This document shows positions 61,007-64,000 of a stretch of 64,000 nt of DNA, one piece after another; positions within the stretch are counted from its first letter, which is position 1, and the number at the start of each line of letters is the position of its first letter. This DNA is from Chiloscyllium plagiosum. Lineage: Eukaryota. The stretch spans positions 40,962,256 to 41,026,255 of the forward strand of contig NC_057732.1 of NCBI RefSeq assembly GCF_004010195.1, read 5' to 3'. The translations under genes and the position numbers were made by a program. The notes below the pieces were generated by a model. The model was not told the origin of the DNA and did not search any database. It saw only the letters and a program-made list of their open reading frames with translations.

Positions 61007-62375
61007 TTTGAAACCTATCAGCCATGATTGAATGGCAGAGCAGACTCGATGGGCCAAATGGCCTAATTTCTGCTCTTGTGTTTTATGATCTTGTAATCTA
61101 ATAGCATTAAAGTCCTTTGAATGGAAATAAAACATTTTATGTTTAAATACAATGCTGAGATTTTCACCCCAGGAAGGTTTCTGGTCCATTCCTTAATCTG
61201 TATCTAATCACAAAGGTTAAACAGCTATACCAGCTCACATTGCCCCTTAGTTAAAGAGAATTCTTCTTCAAATTACTGCACAAGGGACCTCACTCTACGC
61301 AAGTGATCACAGGTGAGGACAGAAGTGGGTTTGGCTACAAACATTCACTAAGTTCAAAATTGAGTAAAGTATCAGTGGACCACTATCATCAAAAAAAGGG
61401 AGTATAGGTGGGAAAATGGAGAATATTATGGACATTTTAATAGATGTGAATATGCATAGACATGAAACGCATTTGCACAATTAAAGTACAGAAACACTTT
61501 TCTCAACTAGGAGGAAAGAAGAAAAGTCTGAAATCCAAAAGTAAAAATAAAAGCATTCCAGAAAATGGGCAACAAACTAATCAATACTAAATAAAAACAG
61601 ATTAATTATTCATTGTCAGTTCAGACTTTGGCATCAGGCATACACCAGCCATCTGCACCATCATGGCACATCTCTGAAGCACTTACATTATGGTTTTGCA
61701 CTTCTGTGCTGCACTTTGAAGCATACTAGTACTTAGCACTGTAATTCTGCTGCTAGGACAAGTCAGGCATTCATCTCATAGACTCAACAAGGTGCAATTT
61801 ATATCTCCTTGCTCACACTCTTGCTGCTCACTCACATTATGCCTGCTTGGATGCTCACAGCATCACAGCTTTTCCTTGTCTTGCCTTACCTTGCCTTTTT
61901 GTGCCATCTCAGCTAGAGATCGTACTTTTGTCGTGCTTGTGCAGACACAAGCCAGGCAGCTGGTTGTTGTCAGCAATGATCAGTCAAATGGGAAGACATG
62001 TTGTTGTACTTCACTGTGCTTCATCAATCTATGCCTGCAGTATGAACCATCAATTTACATAGCAAACACAGAATGTGCTTCAACCAAATAGGCTTGTCTC
62101 AACGTCTAATGGAATTGTTCTCAGTCAAGACAAGGAAAATAGCCCTCAGTCACAGGGTTCCAGCACAGTAAAGGGGAACATCCACTCTCAGTCCATGGGG
62201 TTGGACATGGTCATTCAGCTATTTTGGGCTGTCAAGTTCACAGGGTTTATGTCATAAAAATCAGAGGAATCAGGCACTGTCATCCTATGGGTTAAGTGCT
62301 GACCAGATCATAGAGTCATGCTAAGTCAGTGGGAGAGCTGCATACAACAGTCAGGAGTCTGCTCACTCATCCTTT

Positions 62376-62505
62376 CTGGATCAGTGGTGCTGGAAGAGCA
62401 CAGCAATTCAGGCAGCATCCGAGGACAGGCTGCCTGAATTGCTGTGCTCTTCCAGCACCACTGATCCAGAATCTGGTTTCCAGCATCTGCAGTCATTGTT
62501 TTTAC
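62376..62505. mobile_element. Fold-back Penelope mini-element lacking the hammerhead
   Basis: 14-bp TSD CTCACTCATCCTTT (62362-62375, 62506-62519); perfect inverted arms of about 42 bp, ctggatcagtggtgctggaagagcacagcaattcaggcagc. Confidence 0.85.
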
Positions 62506-63269
62506 CTCACTCATCCTTTGGGCTGTCCATCCAGATTGGGAAAGGGGATGAGCCACGATCAATCCTGGAGGTCTGTCCACTCAAAATCAAGAAGGTGTTA
62601 TTAGGGGTCAACTATGGGAATTTGAGTTTGCATTCTGAGATGCAAAGAGGATAACAACTTTGAAAGGGGTTGCAACATATAAAGGGAAGATGATACAGCA
62701 TGTGAGGGAAAGAGGAAATGTGATGGAGGGTCATCATCAGTTGGCACTACCTTGATTTCGATGATGGGACATTGTACTATGTCTGGTAAGACACTGTGGT
62801 ATGCCTGGGGTTGAGATGGTAAAGTAAGGAAGTGAACAGTTAAATAAATAAATTAGATTGGAATGTGGAGGTAAAGCCAGTGGTTCAAATCTCAGTCTTA
62901 ACCGGTGCTGTAGCTCAATGACCCTTTCCCAACACTCATTTCCTCCTGGTCCATTGGTTAGTTATTTCTCAGGGTTGCAAATATACTCATCCCATTGAAT
63001 CATATTCAATGTTACAGGCAATTTAACAATGGGATTAGTGTATTTGCAGTCAGAGAAGGATGCATAAAGCAGCACTGCTCAATCTCAGTGTCTGAATGGA
63101 CTATTCCAGGAACGGAATCGATTCAAAACCTTTATAAGATTCATAACAAAATATTACAAAAGAAGGGAAGTGTAAGAATCAAGACAAGATAGATCAATAG
63201 ATCAACAGTTGAGGAGGGGTGGACACCTTCAAAGTGATGTGCAAAAGAAACAAAAGTGATGTGAGAAAA

Positions 63270-63850
63270 GCGAGATTCAAGTGAAGCATTCAAGAGGACA
63301 TTGGATGATTACTTGGAAAGAAATCATAGAGAAGGGTTTGGAGAAAAGGCAGGAGATTGGCATTATGTAATGATGCTTGTGCAGAAATGATCGACCAAGG
63401 CCTTCTGCTAAGTTGTAACAATTCTGTCATTCTGTGACATCAAACTTGGGTTTTCAAACTCTGTGAAATGAAGGAAAAACTTAGAGGAGTTGCACAGTTT
63501 CACAATTAAATTTATAAAGGAGTTGATCGGTCAGCAGTGAAGAAGTATATCTATTTGCAGGAGATCAATACTAGAGATTGTAAATGTATAATGTATGAGT
63601 CATGATAAATCCAATAAGGAATGCAGGAGAAACCTTTTAGCGAGAGCAGTTGCAATGTGGAATTCATCATCATAAAGAGTATGTCAAGCAAATAGTACAG
63701 CTACACCTAATGGGAAGCTGCATTAACACACGGACAGAAAGAAATTATAATAGCATTAGATGAAGGGAGTTGGGAGGAGGTTTGTTTGAAGCATAAATGC
63801 CTGTGTGGATCAGTTGGACTGAATGGCTTGCTTCTTTGCTGTAAACTCTT
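63270..63850 (+). mobile_element. Old CR1 3'-end remnants
   Basis: gcattcaagaggacattggatgattactt...; gcagttgcaatgtggaattc...gttggactgaatggcttgcttctttgctgtaaactct. Confidence 0.55.
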
Positions 63851-64000
63851 TTAATTCTAAGTAATTTTGAAGTACTTAGAAGGAATGCATTTGAATTGAT
63901 GTAATCAATCTTTATTTCTACATGGCAAAGCAGGGTGTAAGTGTCTTTGAAGCGTAAACTAAACAAGAGGAGAAAGTTCAGAGAAGCAATTTGACCTTGG

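Larger units (their letters stand above)
55935..61095 (+). mobile_element. Outer CR1 LINE (pieces 55935-56736 and 60278-61095) hosting nested insertions
   Basis: GNYRLISLTSVVGKILES, DFQKAFEKVPH, VPQG and FAD motifs; resumes at about 60280 with SRGLEYKSKDVLLRLYKAL; junction repeat tgtctttcat / tgtctctcat. Confidence 0.85.

Noticed and set aside
61650-62360. Possible further Harbinger gene remnant
   Set aside because: The composition is suggestive, but I could not recover any Myb or DDE motif.
1-64000. Host protein-coding gene among the six-frame ORFs
   Set aside because: All ORFs with recognisable motifs are CR1, Penelope, Gypsy or Harbinger remnants or their antisense frames; the rest are short and lack domain-like sequence.

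Overview
Eukaryotic, repeat-rich, apparently intronic or intergenic vertebrate DNA. The repeat content (HE1-type V-SINEs, HER1/CR1 LINEs, Deu-domain SacSINE1-like SINEs) points to an elasmobranch (shark) genome. I found no convincing host protein-coding exon, rRNA, functional tRNA or CRISPR. Every ORF with recognisable homology is a decayed transposon ORF. Main content: many CR1 LINE fragments, one covering nearly all of ORF2 (27625-30318); an internally deleted Gypsy provirus with both LTRs, PBS, PPT and 5-bp TSD (45544-48186); a solo LTR (36521-37147); a Penelope-like element (PLE; RT plus GIY-YIG) inside a four-level nest (55935-61095); two decayed PIF/Harbinger copies with a Myb/SANT-like gene, intron-containing in copy 1 (8667-9600, 50801-52351); and about 14 short PLE-derived inserts from at least four families. 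Many of these inserts are fold-back palindromes with 10-15 bp TSDs carrying minimal hammerhead-ribozyme cores. Other oddities: a 100-bp-arm hairpin inside a SINE, two tiny poly(A) inserts at one LTR site, and a few candidate regulatory motifs. Two N gaps are present. Family names come from recognising motifs by eye, not from database searches, and boundaries of old repeats are approximate.
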